In this document: piece by piece, positions 1 through 9,422 of the stretch
Numbering within the stretch: the first letter of the stretch is position 1
Layout: every line of letters begins with the position of its first letter
Origin: an uncultured Gemmatimonadota bacterium
Lineage (GTDB): Bacteria; SM23-81
Length of the DNA stretch: 28,736 nt
Direction: 5' to 3'
Assembly: GCA_964584035.1 (NCBI GenBank)
Contig: CAZOYL010000019.1
Location: 898 to 29,633, forward strand
Translations under genes and position numbers: made by a program
Notes under the pieces: model-generated
Database searches by the model: none
Told to the model about the DNA's origin: nothing
The model's input: the letters and a program-made list of their open reading frames with translations, nothing else

Positions 1-771
1 GCCGTAGAGCGTGTCCGGCCGGGTTGTGAACACCGGCATCTCCTGATCGCTTTCAACCGTTCGGAAAACCACCTCGACACCAACGCTGCGTCCGATCCAA
101 TTCCGCTGCATGATCTTGGTCGTCTCCGGCCAATCGATGCGTTCTAAATCCTCCAGCAGCCGGTCGGCGTATTCGGTGATCTTAAAAAACCACTGTTCCA
201 GATCCTTATGCGTTACCGTCGCGCCGCATCGTTCGCACATTCCGTCGACCACCTGTTCGTTGGCCAGAACGGTCTGGCAGCTGGGACACCAGTTGACCGG
301 TGCCTTTTTTCTGACGGCCAGTCCCTTGTGATACAGCTGCAGGAAAAGCCACTGAGTCCAGCGGTAATACTCCGGGGAACTGGTATCGATCTCCTTGTCC
401 CAGTCGTACATGGCCCCCATGATTTGCAGCTGCTTGCGGATCTGGGCGATATTATCGGCCGTGCTCTCCGCCGGATGGATGCCGTGAGAGATGGCGTAGT
501 TCTCGGCCGGAAGACCGAAGGCATCGTACCCCATGGGTTCGAAAACGTCATAGCCGAGCATACGCTGATAACGAGCCCAGGTATCGGTAGGGCCATAATT
601 ATACCAGTGCCCGGTGTGCAGACGATAACCGGATGGATAGATGAACATCACCAGACAGTATAGCTTCCGCCGGGCTGTCTGGAGATCGACGGTATTGATA
701 CCGCTGTCCTGCCAGCGCTGGCGCCATTTGCTCTCGATCTCTTGGAAGGGGTAGTGAGATGTCGTCTTCAT
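1..771 (-). CDS. leuS: Leucine--tRNA ligase, N-terminal part (runs off window start; not in ORF track)
   Basis: Manual translation from ATG at 771: [16 protein letters not shown]...[18 protein letters not shown] (HIGH variant)...[13 protein letters not shown]...WTQWLF...[16 protein letters not shown]...CERCG...[14 protein letters not shown]...MQRNWIGRS...[12 protein letters not shown]-like GAGGA upstream. Confidence 0.97.
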   Translation of the reverse strand, partial: MKTTSHYPFQEIESKWRQRWQDSGINTVDLQTARRKLYCLVMFIYPSGYRLHTGHWYNYGPTDTWARYQRMLGYDVFEPMGYDAFGLPAENYAISHGIHPAESTADNIAQIRKQLQIMGAMYDWDKEIDTSSPEYYRWTQWLFLQLYHKGLAVRKKAPVNWCPSCQTVLANEQVVDGMCERCGATVTHKDLEQWFFKITEYADRLLEDLERIDWPETTKIMQRNWIGRSVGVEVVFRTVESDQEMPVFTTRPDTLYG

Positions 772-814
772 TCGAAAAGGGTCCTCTAAAAAAGAAACGC
801 GGAAAGCGTCTTAT

Positions 815-2113
815 TCAAGGATACACGCGTGAGAGAAGTCTCGGAAAAGGAATCGTCTCCCTCACGTGAGGACGGCCGCAGATCCAGGCCACGGTGCGTT
901 CGATCCCCAGGCCGAAACCGGCATGGGGAACACTTCCGTATCGTCGCAGATCCAGATACCATTGAAAAGGTTCCCGGGGAAGTTGATGCTGATCGATTTT
1001 TTTCTGCAGCTCTTTGAGGTCGTCCTCGCGCTGCCCGCCGCCGATGATCTCTCCATATCCCTCCGGAGCCAGCACATCCAGGCAGAGCGCCAATCGGTCA
1101 TCCTGTGGGTCGGTTTTCATATAAAAAGCCTTACACTCCAGAGGGTAGCGATGCACCATGATCGGCCGGTCGAATCGCTCCGACAGCAGGGTCTCCTCCG
1201 GGGCACCGAAGTCCTGGCCCCAGGTGAACTCTTCACCGCGTTCCTGAAGAATCTTCACCGCCTCGTCGTAAGAGATCCGGGGGAACGGTTTGACGACCTT
1301 CTGGAGTGTCGTCGGATCTCGATCCAGGGTACTGAGCTCCTTCGATCGGTTCTCCAAAACCCGGGAGACGATGAAGACGATGAACTCCTCGGCCAGATCC
1401 ATGGTATCGTTCAGGTCGTAGAAGGCCATCTCCGGCTCGACCATCCAGAATTCGGTCAGATGCCGGCGGGTTTTGGCCTTCTCGGCTCGAAAGGTCGGCC
1501 CGAAACAGTAGACCCTGCCGAAGGCCATGGCGGCCGCTTCGTTATATAATTGGCCACTCTGAGTGAGATAGGCTTTCTCCCCGAAATAATCGGTCTCGAA
1601 CAGCGTGGTCGTGCCCTCAACAGCTGCCGGCGTAAAGATAGGGGCATCGATTAATATAAAACCACGCTGGGCGAAAAAGTCACGGCAGGCGCGAACGATC
1701 TCATCTCGCACCCGCAGGACGGCATGCTGTTTTGAGGAGCGCAGCCACAGGTGTCGGTGATCCATCAGGAAAGCGGTACCGTGCTCCTTGGGCGTGATGG
1801 GGTATTCCTCGGCGATCTGAATGACCTCAATGGACCGAATGCCCAGCTCGAATCCGCCGGGGGCCCTTTCATCTACCCGGACCGTTCCGGTGACCCTCAG
1901 GGATGATTCCCGGGTCAGCCGGTCGCATAAAGCAAAGGTCTCCGGGTCGCTCTCTTTCTCAAAGAGAACTCCCTGCAGCAGACCGGTTCCGTCCCTGACG
2001 ATGAGGAATTTGAGCTTGCCGCTGGATCTCTGCCCATAGAGCCAGCCACTCACGGTCACCTCTTGACCGACATGTGCTCCTATGTCCTCGATGTAGGTTG
2101 GTATCGTCGCCAT
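815..2113 (-). CDS. asnS: Asparagine--tRNA ligase
   Basis: OB-fold [26 protein letters not shown], motif 2 [24 protein letters not shown], motif 3 [22 protein letters not shown]. Start set at ATG 2113 (MATIPTY) with GAGGAG upstream; the ORF-track extension to 2242 overlaps the USP gene. Confidence 0.95.
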   Translation of the reverse strand: MATIPTYIEDIGAHVGQEVTVSGWLYGQRSSGKLKFLIVRDGTGLLQGVLFEKESDPETFALCDRLTRESSLRVTGTVRVDERAPGGFELGIRSIEVIQIAEEYPITPKEHGTAFLMDHRHLWLRSSKQHAVLRVRDEIVRACRDFFAQRGFILIDAPIFTPAAVEGTTTLFETDYFGEKAYLTQSGQLYNEAAAMAFGRVYCFGPTFRAEKAKTRRHLTEFWMVEPEMAFYDLNDTMDLAEEFIVFIVSRVLENRSKELSTLDRDPTTLQKVVKPFPRISYDEAVKILQERGEEFTWGQDFGAPEETLLSERFDRPIMVHRYPLECKAFYMKTDPQDDRLALCLDVLAPEGYGEIIGGGQREDDLKELQKKIDQHQLPREPFQWYLDLRRYGSVPHAGFGLGIERTVAWICGRPHVRETIPFPRLLSRVYP

Positions 2114-2166
2114 AAGCTCAGCGCTCCTCGTATGATAATCTTGCGTACCCGACAGCTCCGATGGAT

Positions 2167-3003
2167 CTATCGGACCAGCAACAGCGGCAGATCGATCCGC
2201 CGGAGCACTTCTTCGGCCGTACACCCTAACAGCGCTTCCCAAAGGCGGGTGTGGCCGTGAACTCCCATGATGACCAGGTCCGCCTTTTCCTCCCGGCAGG
2301 CCTGTAGAATGGCTTCGCTGGCTTTTCCCCCAAGGACTTTCGATGAGGTCTTCAGCCCATAGGGTTGTAAATATTGCTCGGCCTCGTCGATCGTGCTCTG
2401 CCCCGATCCGGGGTCCTCATCAACGGCCAGCAGCACCAGAGGACATCGAAAGCGGCCGGCCATATCGGCGGCGATCTGAAGTCCGTGATTGGCCTGGGGA
2501 CTGCGATCGTAAGCCAGCAACATTTTTTCGATCCGACGATAGTGCTGGGGCAGAACGAAAACCGGTTTATTGGCCTGTCGCACGGTGCCGTCCAGGGTGG
2601 CGCCCATGAGTTTGTGACCCCAGCGGGCATATTCGCCGCGACGTCCCATGACGATAAGGTCCACCATACGAGCCTGTTCGCAGATGATCTCTACCGGGGA
2701 GCCGGAGATCTTCTGGGTGACAAACTGGACGCCGGCCTTCTTGGCTTCCTGGACGCAGGCCTTGAGTACCTCCTGGGCCTTTTCCTCTAATACTTTCTTA
2801 GCTTCACTTTGGTATGTCGCGCTGGCCGGCATCATCGGCATAAAACCGTCGGCTCCGATCGAGACACTCCACTCGAAGATGCGTACATCCACAATGCTCA
2901 GGAACCGGACCAGAGCGTCGAATTTCAGGGCCAGCTGGATAGCCTGCTGGAGAACGGCATTGCTGTATGCCGATCCATCAACGGTGGCCAGGATGTTCTT
3001 CAC
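2167..3003 (-). CDS. Universal stress protein, two tandem USP domains
   Basis: [13 protein letters not shown]...DLIVMGRRG...KPVFV and [11 protein letters not shown]...[31 protein letters not shown] start with GGGAGAGG SD. Confidence 0.92.
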   Translation of the reverse strand: MKNILATVDGSAYSNAVLQQAIQLALKFDALVRFLSIVDVRIFEWSVSIGADGFMPMMPASATYQSEAKKVLEEKAQEVLKACVQEAKKAGVQFVTQKISGSPVEIICEQARMVDLIVMGRRGEYARWGHKLMGATLDGTVRQANKPVFVLPQHYRRIEKMLLAYDRSPQANHGLQIAADMAGRFRCPLVLLAVDEDPGSGQSTIDEAEQYLQPYGLKTSSKVLGGKASEAILQACREEKADLVIMGVHGHTRLWEALLGCTAEEVLRRIDLPLLLVR

Positions 3004-3020
3004 AATCCCTCTCCCGGAGA

Positions 3021-4652
3021 CTAGACCTTTCCAAGGACAGCGTAAGCAATCTTGGAAGCATGCAGGTTAATGCGGTTGAGATCACTGATCAGATCCATAT
3101 GCACGGCGCTGGTATCCACTGTTTCCTTAAGTCCCTTGTGAAGACGATCGATATGGGCGCGATGGAGTCGGTTTTCCTCCAGAGAGAGCCGCTTGCGTCT
3201 CTCGATGACTTTCTTGGCCAAACTCTTATCCCAGGAAGCGACGGCATTGATGGCCATCTGTAAAGTAGTGACAACCTCTGAATGAAATTGGTTGATCTCA
3301 TCGAACCCCTGGTCAGAGAAATAAAACGGTTGACCGATCTTCTTCTTGGCATAGACCATCAGCTTCTTACTGACCAGATCGCCGATCTGCTCCATCTCAC
3401 TGGTGATGAACAGAAGAGCGATTTCCCTGTCTCCCTGCTGAGGGGTGAGTTCTTTCTGGGAGAGTTTCGTCAAATACGGCGTGATAGATTCCTCCAGGAG
3501 ATCGACTTTGTCGTCCTGAGCAATTAATTGTCGATACAGTTGTTCATCATTTTCACGATATACCGTCATCGTTTCTTTAACCATACTAAAGACCATATCG
3601 GCCATTCGCAATATCTCACGAGTGGCCTGGCCCAGGGCCAGCTCGGGTGATTGCAGAAGATGAGATTCAAGATAGCGCGGAGCAAATTCTTTCGGAGCCC
3701 TGCCCCTCTGCGGTAAAAGTCCTTTGAGAAATCGATCATACAGCGTGATGAACGGGAGAAAGAGCAACGCCATGCTCAAGTTAAAAAAGGTATGCACATT
3801 GGCTATCTGGCGTGTGATCTCCCCGGATGTATGGCTGAATAAAGCGGCCACATGGCCGATGAACGGAAACATGAGCACGGCTCCTGCGATTTTGAAAATG
3901 GTATGCCCCCAAGCCACTCTTTTACCGCTCACGTTGGCATTCAGGCTGGCCAGCAGGGCGGTCACACAGGTCCCCACGTTTGCGCCCAGGATCAGAGGAA
4001 TAGCGGTTGAGAGATCAACGATCAGTCCTTGTAGCGATAGGGTTAAAACCAGACCAAGAGTTGCTGCGCTGCTCTGTATTATACCCGTGAAAACAGCAGA
4101 CACCAAGAGGCCCAGTAATGGTTTGTCTCCCATTGAAACGAGAAGATTTGTAATTTGTTGATAATGTCTTAAGGGAGATACCGCATCGGACATCACCTTC
4201 ATTCCGAAGAAGATCAAACCGAACGCCAGGACGACTCCTCCAATTCGATAACCACGGGTATCTTTGTTCATCAATGTGAGAAGAAATCCGATCGTTACGA
4301 TCAGCAGCGCATAGTCGTAGATCCGAAATGCGATCAGCTGTACGGTCACGGTCGTTCCGATATCGGCACCTAATATGAGACTTAGGCTTTGCAAGAGGCT
4401 GATGAGACCAACGCTGGTAAAACTGACCAGCATGACCGTGGTGGCACTGCTGCTCTGCAGGATCACGGTTGCAAAAGCACCAACGATGAGACCTTTAAAT
4501 CGATTGCTGATCAATCGACTGATGATATAGCGCAATCGGTTGCCAGCAACACTCTCTAAATGATTTCCCCCCATGCGAAGTCCGAAGAGAAAGAGACTCA
4601 GACCTCCCAGAAGGGCAAAAAATGAGATGATGGTAAATGATTCACCATTCAT
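3021..4652 (-). CDS. Na+/Pi cotransporter family protein (NptA/YjbB-like) with C-terminal PhoU-like domains
   Basis: Two repeats QSSSATT...GADIGTTVT and QSSAAT...GANVGTCVTALLAS, RQIANVHTFFN, then a soluble helical tail (DDKVDLLE, EMEQIGD). Start at ATG 4652 (MNGESF); the ORF-track extension crosses a terminator. Confidence 0.92.
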   Translation of the reverse strand: MNGESFTIISFFALLGGLSLFLFGLRMGGNHLESVAGNRLRYIISRLISNRFKGLIVGAFATVILQSSSATTVMLVSFTSVGLISLLQSLSLILGADIGTTVTVQLIAFRIYDYALLIVTIGFLLTLMNKDTRGYRIGGVVLAFGLIFFGMKVMSDAVSPLRHYQQITNLLVSMGDKPLLGLLVSAVFTGIIQSSAATLGLVLTLSLQGLIVDLSTAIPLILGANVGTCVTALLASLNANVSGKRVAWGHTIFKIAGAVLMFPFIGHVAALFSHTSGEITRQIANVHTFFNLSMALLFLPFITLYDRFLKGLLPQRGRAPKEFAPRYLESHLLQSPELALGQATREILRMADMVFSMVKETMTVYRENDEQLYRQLIAQDDKVDLLEESITPYLTKLSQKELTPQQGDREIALLFITSEMEQIGDLVSKKLMVYAKKKIGQPFYFSDQGFDEINQFHSEVVTTLQMAINAVASWDKSLAKKVIERRKRLSLEENRLHRAHIDRLHKGLKETVDTSAVHMDLISDLNRINLHASKIAYAVLGKV

Positions 4653-4680
4653 ATGATGAATTCTCTTCTCGTTCAGGCGC

Positions 4681-4737
4681 AAAAAAGGAAAAGCCCCCAG
4701 CGTTGCCGGCATCGATGTAAATGCGGCCCTGGGGGCT
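4681..4737 (-). terminator. Intrinsic terminator-like hairpin downstream of rpsA
   Basis: Minus strand AGCCCCCAG...CTGGGGGCT 9-bp stem with an inner GCCGCAT/ATGCCGGC stem, followed by TTTCCTTTTTT. Confidence 0.75.
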
Positions 4738-4836
4738 CAGGCATACTGGAACGATAACCTCACGTGTCCGCCGGGGGCATGGCTGGACTCAGACTCGATT
4801 GCCATCGAACGAACATGTTCGCCTCGGCAGGTCACA

Positions 4837-7251
4837 TCAGGTATCGGTGTCCTCCTGTTTCTGGTCGGCATCCTCTGAGGACCGGGCCTTCTCCTGTGTT
4901 TCTCCGGCGGCACTCTTTTTCTGCTCGTCCGTTTCTTCCTCTTCGCCGGCAGCTTGATCCGCTTGAGACGCCCGGGCGGTTTTCTCCTCTTCGAAGCCCT
5001 CCCCTTCCCGGGTCGATGCATCCGGTTGATCTGTTTGGTCTGCAACGTCATCAGGCGATGCCTGCGGCTCGACCGTTTGATCTGCAACGTCATCAGGCGA
5101 TGCCTGCGGCTCGACCGTTTGATCTGCAACGTCATCAGGCGATGCCTGCGGCTCGACCGTTTGATCTGCAACATCCTCGGGTTCCCCGGCTTCAGAGGCA
5201 TCCGCCTGAACGATAGCCCCGGCTCCGGCCACATCGCCCATGGTCAGTTTCTTCACCTGATGCTTGGCCAGATATTCGTCCAGCTCAGCTTTTTCACGGT
5301 CTTCGAAGTAGGCTTTGGCGCTGAGGATGATCTTCCGGTTTTCGAGGTCGAATTCGATGACCTTGAGGGGGATCTTTTCCCCCACCGAAAAAGCCTCAGC
5401 CGGTTTGTGGATGTCGGTACGCCCTAACTGGGTCAGGGGAACGAACCCCTCCACATCCTCGGGAAGCTCCACGATGACGCCTCTCTCCAGAAGTCGCAGG
5501 ATTTTGCCTTCTACCGTCCCTCCAAGGGGATAGATGGTCGCCAGATGCTCCCAGGGATCCTCGATGAGCTGCTTGTATCCCAGTGAAACCCTGCGGTTTT
5601 GTTTGTCGATATTGAGAATGACCACCTCAACCTTGTCGCCTTTCTTGAGGACTTCACTGGGGTGGTGGATACGGCGAGTCCAGGAGAGATCCGAGATATG
5701 GACCAGTCCATCGATGCCCTCCTCGATTTCGACGAAGGCTCCGAAATTGGTCAGGTTCCTGACTTTGCCGACCACTTTGGAATTCAGCGGATGGCGCTCC
5801 TCTAAAGTCAGCCAGGGATCGGGCTGGATCTGCTTGAGTCCCAGAGAGATCTTCTCGCCCTCCTTGTCTACCTTGAGCACCATCACCTCCACCACATCAC
5901 CGATGGCTACCACCTTTGAGGGGTGTCGAATGTGCTGTGTCCAGGACATCTCGGAGATATGGATCAGCCCCTCGATGCCTTTTTCCAGCTCCACAAAGGC
6001 ACCGTAATCGGTGATGCTGACAACCTTCCCGCGGACCTTGCTCTCCACGGGATATTTCTCCTCGACATTCTCCCAGGGATAAGGCGTGAGCTGTTTGAGT
6101 CCCAGAGAGATTCGTTCTCGCTCCCGGTCGAAATTGAGCACCTTGATCTTGAGAACATCTCCTATGGCCACCAGCTCGGAGGGGTGACTGACCCGTCCCC
6201 AGGACATATCGGTAATATGCAGCAGTCCATCGATGCCGCCGAGGTCGATAAAAGCTCCGAAGTCGGTAATGTTCTTGACCGTTCCCTCGCGCACCTGGCC
6301 GACCTCCAGCTCCTTGATGATCATGGCCTTGGCTTTCGCCCGCTTCTCTTCCAGGACGACCCGTCGGGAAATGACGATATTTCTCCTCATTTTATTCAGT
6401 TTTATGATCTTGAAGGAGAATACCTCGCCGATCAGTTTATCCAGATCGGGCACCGGCCGCAGAGCCACCTGAGAGCCGGGAAGAAAGGCATCGACTCCGA
6501 AGAGGTCGACGACCATGCCGCCCTTGATACGTCGCAGAATGCGTCCATCGACCAGCTTGCCATCTTCATAGGATTCCTTGATGGTATCCCAGACTTTCAT
6601 GAAGTCGGCTTTCTGCTTGGAAAGCACCAGTTGTCCCTCCTGGTTCTCCATGCTCTCCAGAAAGACATCGACCTCATCGCCAACCTTGATGTTGAGGGGT
6701 TCCCCGAATTCGACGATGGGAATGACGCCCTCGGATTTGAAGCCCACATCGATCATCACGTCACTCTCGGTAACCTGGATGACTTTTCCCGAGACGATCT
6801 CACCCTCCCGGATATCCTGCAGGGTTTCGTCGTAAGCCGCCAGCATCTGCTCGTATTCTTCCTGGGAATATCCCTCTTCGTCATCATAGACGACTGCTGC
6901 CGTCGCGGCCTTCTCCTCGGAAACCTGCTCATCCTCGGATTCGATCGTCACCGCCGCTTCTGCCGCAGCTTGTTCGGCGACGGACGCAGCCTTCGCCGGT
7001 TCCTCCTGAGCCGTTTCGGAACTTTCCGTTTTCACCGGTGTCTCAGAGTCCTCCGGCGGGGCGGCCGTTTTCTTCTTCTCTTCATCCGCTGATGAGGATT
7101 TTTCTCCCGCAGCGGCCTTCTTCTTCGTTGCGGAGGCTTTAGCCTTTGTGCCGGTTGGTTTAGACTTCCGGGTCTCACCTCCTTTTTCCTTCTTTACCTT
7201 CTCTTCCTCGGCGGAAGGGAGGCTTTGCTCGAGATCTTCTGTCAACATCAT
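4837..7251 (-). CDS. rpsA: 30S ribosomal protein S1 with long N- and C-terminal low-complexity extensions
   Basis: Six S1 domains (IDVGFKSEGVIP, AFLPGSQV, KNITDFGAFIDLGGIDGLLHITDMSW, DYGAFVELEKGIEGLIHISEMSW, NFGAFVEIEEGIDGLVHISDLSW, VEGFVPLTQL). Follows cmk-plsC. Confidence 0.97.
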   Translation of the reverse strand: MMLTEDLEQSLPSAEEEKVKKEKGGETRKSKPTGTKAKASATKKKAAAGEKSSSADEEKKKTAAPPEDSETPVKTESSETAQEEPAKAASVAEQAAAEAAVTIESEDEQVSEEKAATAAVVYDDEEGYSQEEYEQMLAAYDETLQDIREGEIVSGKVIQVTESDVMIDVGFKSEGVIPIVEFGEPLNIKVGDEVDVFLESMENQEGQLVLSKQKADFMKVWDTIKESYEDGKLVDGRILRRIKGGMVVDLFGVDAFLPGSQVALRPVPDLDKLIGEVFSFKIIKLNKMRRNIVISRRVVLEEKRAKAKAMIIKELEVGQVREGTVKNITDFGAFIDLGGIDGLLHITDMSWGRVSHPSELVAIGDVLKIKVLNFDRERERISLGLKQLTPYPWENVEEKYPVESKVRGKVVSITDYGAFVELEKGIEGLIHISEMSWTQHIRHPSKVVAIGDVVEVMVLKVDKEGEKISLGLKQIQPDPWLTLEERHPLNSKVVGKVRNLTNFGAFVEIEEGIDGLVHISDLSWTRRIHHPSEVLKKGDKVEVVILNIDKQNRRVSLGYKQLIEDPWEHLATIYPLGGTVEGKILRLLERGVIVELPEDVEGFVPLTQLGRTDIHKPAEAFSVGEKIPLKVIEFDLENRKIILSAKAYFEDREKAELDEYLAKHQVKKLTMGDVAGAGAIVQADASEAGEPEDVADQTVEPQASPDDVADQTVEPQASPDDVADQTVEPQASPDDVADQTDQPDASTREGEGFEEEKTARASQADQAAGEEEETDEQKKSAAGETQEKARSSEDADQKQEDTDT
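5039..5172. repeat. 42-bp perfect tandem repeat, 3 full copies plus a partial, in frame in the rpsA 3' end (encodes DDVADQTVEPQASP units)
   Basis: TCTGCAACGTCATCAGGCGATGCCTGCGGCTCGACCGTTTGA at 5039, 5081 and 5123; partial TCTGCAAC at 5165. Confidence 0.95.
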
Positions 7252-7303
7252 TGTCGTCGTTCCCCTTTCTTTATGGATTTCGGCTTCGAAAAGCCGATAG
7301 TAC

Positions 7304-7924
7304 TCATTTTTTACACTGCGCCAGGTCTCTCAAATTCTCGATGCGTCGCATCACCTCATCGACCACCCGGCGGTAGGCCGTTTTTCCCTGGCCCTGTTGT
7401 CGGATCCATTGCGAAGAGAGAGGCGGTCCAAAGCGCACGACCAGTCGCCGTCGCCTGAACAGCGTTTTTCGTAAGCAGTTGGAAGATCTGATATGGGCCG
7501 GCACGACGTCGACCCCGGCATCCAGGGCTAATTTCCCCAAACCGATCTTTCCCGGAAGCAAGCGATCGCCGGGTCCCCGGGTTCCCTCGGGGAAGAATAC
7601 GACTGCCTGGCCCTCTTCGAGCAGCCGGGCGATGCTTCTCAAGGCAGCCCGGTCGGGTCGGCCTCTGCTCACCGGAATGGTATTCAAGGCGCTAACGACC
7701 GGACCGAGGAAACGATTTTCGAACAGCTCCCTTTTCCCCAGATAATACATCTCTCTGGGAATGGCGGCGCCGAGCACCGGAGGATCTGCCAAGCTGACAT
7801 GATTGCTGGCTACGATGACGGCGCCTTCCAGGGGAACACGATCGGCATGGTAGACTCGAAATCCAAAGAGCGTTTTCAGCAGGACCTGCAAAGAGCACCA
7901 GATACATTTATAAAGAGGCCGCAT
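7304..7924 (-). CDS. plsC: 1-acyl-sn-glycerol-3-phosphate acyltransferase (PlsC family)
   Basis: NHVSLADP (HX4D) and FFPEGTR motifs; located between cmk and rpsA. Confidence 0.9.
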   Translation of the reverse strand: MRPLYKCIWCSLQVLLKTLFGFRVYHADRVPLEGAVIVASNHVSLADPPVLGAAIPREMYYLGKRELFENRFLGPVVSALNTIPVSRGRPDRAALRSIARLLEEGQAVVFFPEGTRGPGDRLLPGKIGLGKLALDAGVDVVPAHIRSSNCLRKTLFRRRRLVVRFGPPLSSQWIRQQGQGKTAYRRVVDEVMRRIENLRDLAQCKK

Positions 7925-8642
7925 GGCCTGGTGTCCTATGATTCGTAGTCTGGATCGATGCTGAACGAGAAAATTGCGCCAGCATTTGCTCCAGCGTCTG
8001 TTCGATGGATAGCTCAGTGGTGTCGATGATTACGGCATCCTCGGCCCGGCGAAGCGGAGCAACCCGGCGCTGGCTGTCGTTTTGATCCCGTCGGCTCAAC
8101 TGTTCCTCGAGCTTCTCGAGATCGGCTTGACGCCCCCAGCCCTGCATCTGGCGATACCGTCGTCGAGCCCTCTCCCGGACCGAAGCGGTGAGAAAGAACT
8201 TCACATCGGCATCGGGCAGGACCACGGTGCCGATATCCCTTCCCTCCATGACCACTCCCCCCTGTCGAGCCATGTCGCGCTGTTTCTGAACCATGATGGC
8301 GTGAACATGGCGATATGCTGAGATGCGGGAGGAAGCCATGTCGATACGTGTCGTCCGGATCTCAGCGGTGACATCCCGATCGTCGATGGTAATCCGGTAA
8401 GGCCACGTGTTCTCTTCCGGGGATTGCACAAAGCGAATCTCAGAATTCCGGGCCAACTCTCCTAGGCGTTTCTCGTCCTCCAGGGACAAACCCAGTTGAA
8501 GGGCTTGAACGGCCAGCGCCCGGTACATGGCCCCGGTATCGACGAAGGTGCACCGCAGTTTCTCGGCCAGCAGCATTCCCAGGGTTCCTTTGCCGCTGCT
8601 TCCAGGACCATCGATAGCCACCACTAAAGAGTCAGGATTCAC
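7908..8642 (-). CDS. cmk: Cytidylate kinase
   Basis: VAIDGPGSSGKGT, DTGAMYRA, VMEGRDIGTVVLPDA, RRDQNDSQR. Confidence 0.96.
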   Translation of the reverse strand: MNPDSLVVAIDGPGSSGKGTLGMLLAEKLRCTFVDTGAMYRALAVQALQLGLSLEDEKRLGELARNSEIRFVQSPEENTWPYRITIDDRDVTAEIRTTRIDMASSRISAYRHVHAIMVQKQRDMARQGGVVMEGRDIGTVVLPDADVKFFLTASVRERARRRYRQMQGWGRQADLEKLEEQLSRRDQNDSQRRVAPLRRAEDAVIIDTTELSIEQTLEQMLAQFSRSASIQTTNHRTPGHAASL

Positions 8643-8678
8643 CTTGGCTTCGTCTCCCGGAGGAATCTATTGATATGA

Positions 8679-9422
8679 TCAACCAGTTTTCAAATCGGGT
8701 GTCTTCTCGGATGATTTCGATAGCCGGGCGATCTCCTCGACCGTCAGATATCGCCATCGGCCGATGGGCACATCATGGACCGTTAAACCGGCAAAACTCA
8801 CTCGCTGGAGCTTGCGGACGGGATGCCCGATGGCAGCGCACATCCGTTTCACCTGGCGCTTCTTTCCGGTGATCAACTCTATAAATAAACGGCTATTTCC
8901 TGATGTCGTCGATTCCAGCAGGGCCGTCCGGGCTCGAGCTGTTCCGTCCTCCAGAGAAAGCCCCTTGATCATCCGGGTCAGATCAGCTTGCTGAATCTTC
9001 CCGGTCACCAGAGCCCGGTATCCCTTGACGACTTCATGCCGAGGGTGCATCAATCGATGGGCCAGGTCGCCGTCATCGGTCAGCAGCAGCACCCCCTCTG
9101 TGTCCAGGTCCAGGCGTCCCACGGGAAACACACGCCGGGGGATATCCCGGATGAGGTCATACACGGTGGGTCGTCCGCGGGAATCGGCGGCCGTCACCAG
9201 AAATCCGGACGGCTTGTGTAACAGGACATAAAGGTAACCCGATTCGACGGTAACGGCCAGAGCAATAGACCTTCCATCGAGGATCACCGAATCACTGGCC
9301 TCATCGATCAACAGTCCTGGCTGACGCACGCGCTGGCCGTTAACCTGAACTCGACCCTCCAGGATGCGCTGATCCGCCTGACGCCGTGAGATCCCCGAAT
9401 GCCGGGCCAGAAATCTGTTCAA
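8679..9422 (-). CDS. rluB: rRNA pseudouridine synthase, RsuA/RluB family with S4 domain
   Basis: S4 domain SRRQAD...GRVQVNG, catalytic VFPVGRLDLDTEGVLLLTDDG, GKKRQVKRM; follows scpB. Start uncertain (TTG 9422 or ACG 9434). Confidence 0.88.
   Translation of the reverse strand: MNRFLARHSGISRRQADQRILEGRVQVNGQRVRQPGLLIDEASDSVILDGRSIALAVTVESGYLYVLLHKPSGFLVTAADSRGRPTVYDLIRDIPRRVFPVGRLDLDTEGVLLLTDDGDLAHRLMHPRHEVVKGYRALVTGKIQQADLTRMIKGLSLEDGTARARTALLESTTSGNSRLFIELITGKKRQVKRMCAAIGHPVRKLQRVSFAGLTVHDVPIGRWRYLTVEEIARLSKSSEKTPDLKTG

Noticed and set aside
772..2166. T-box leaders before leuS and asnS (also checked before trpS)
   Set aside because: The intergenic gaps are only about 30-55 nt and contain no AAGGTGGTACC-like T-box or leader terminator.
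5039..5172. 42-bp repeats as a CRISPR array
   Set aside because: The units are head-to-tail with no unique spacers, lie in frame within rpsA, and no cas genes are present.
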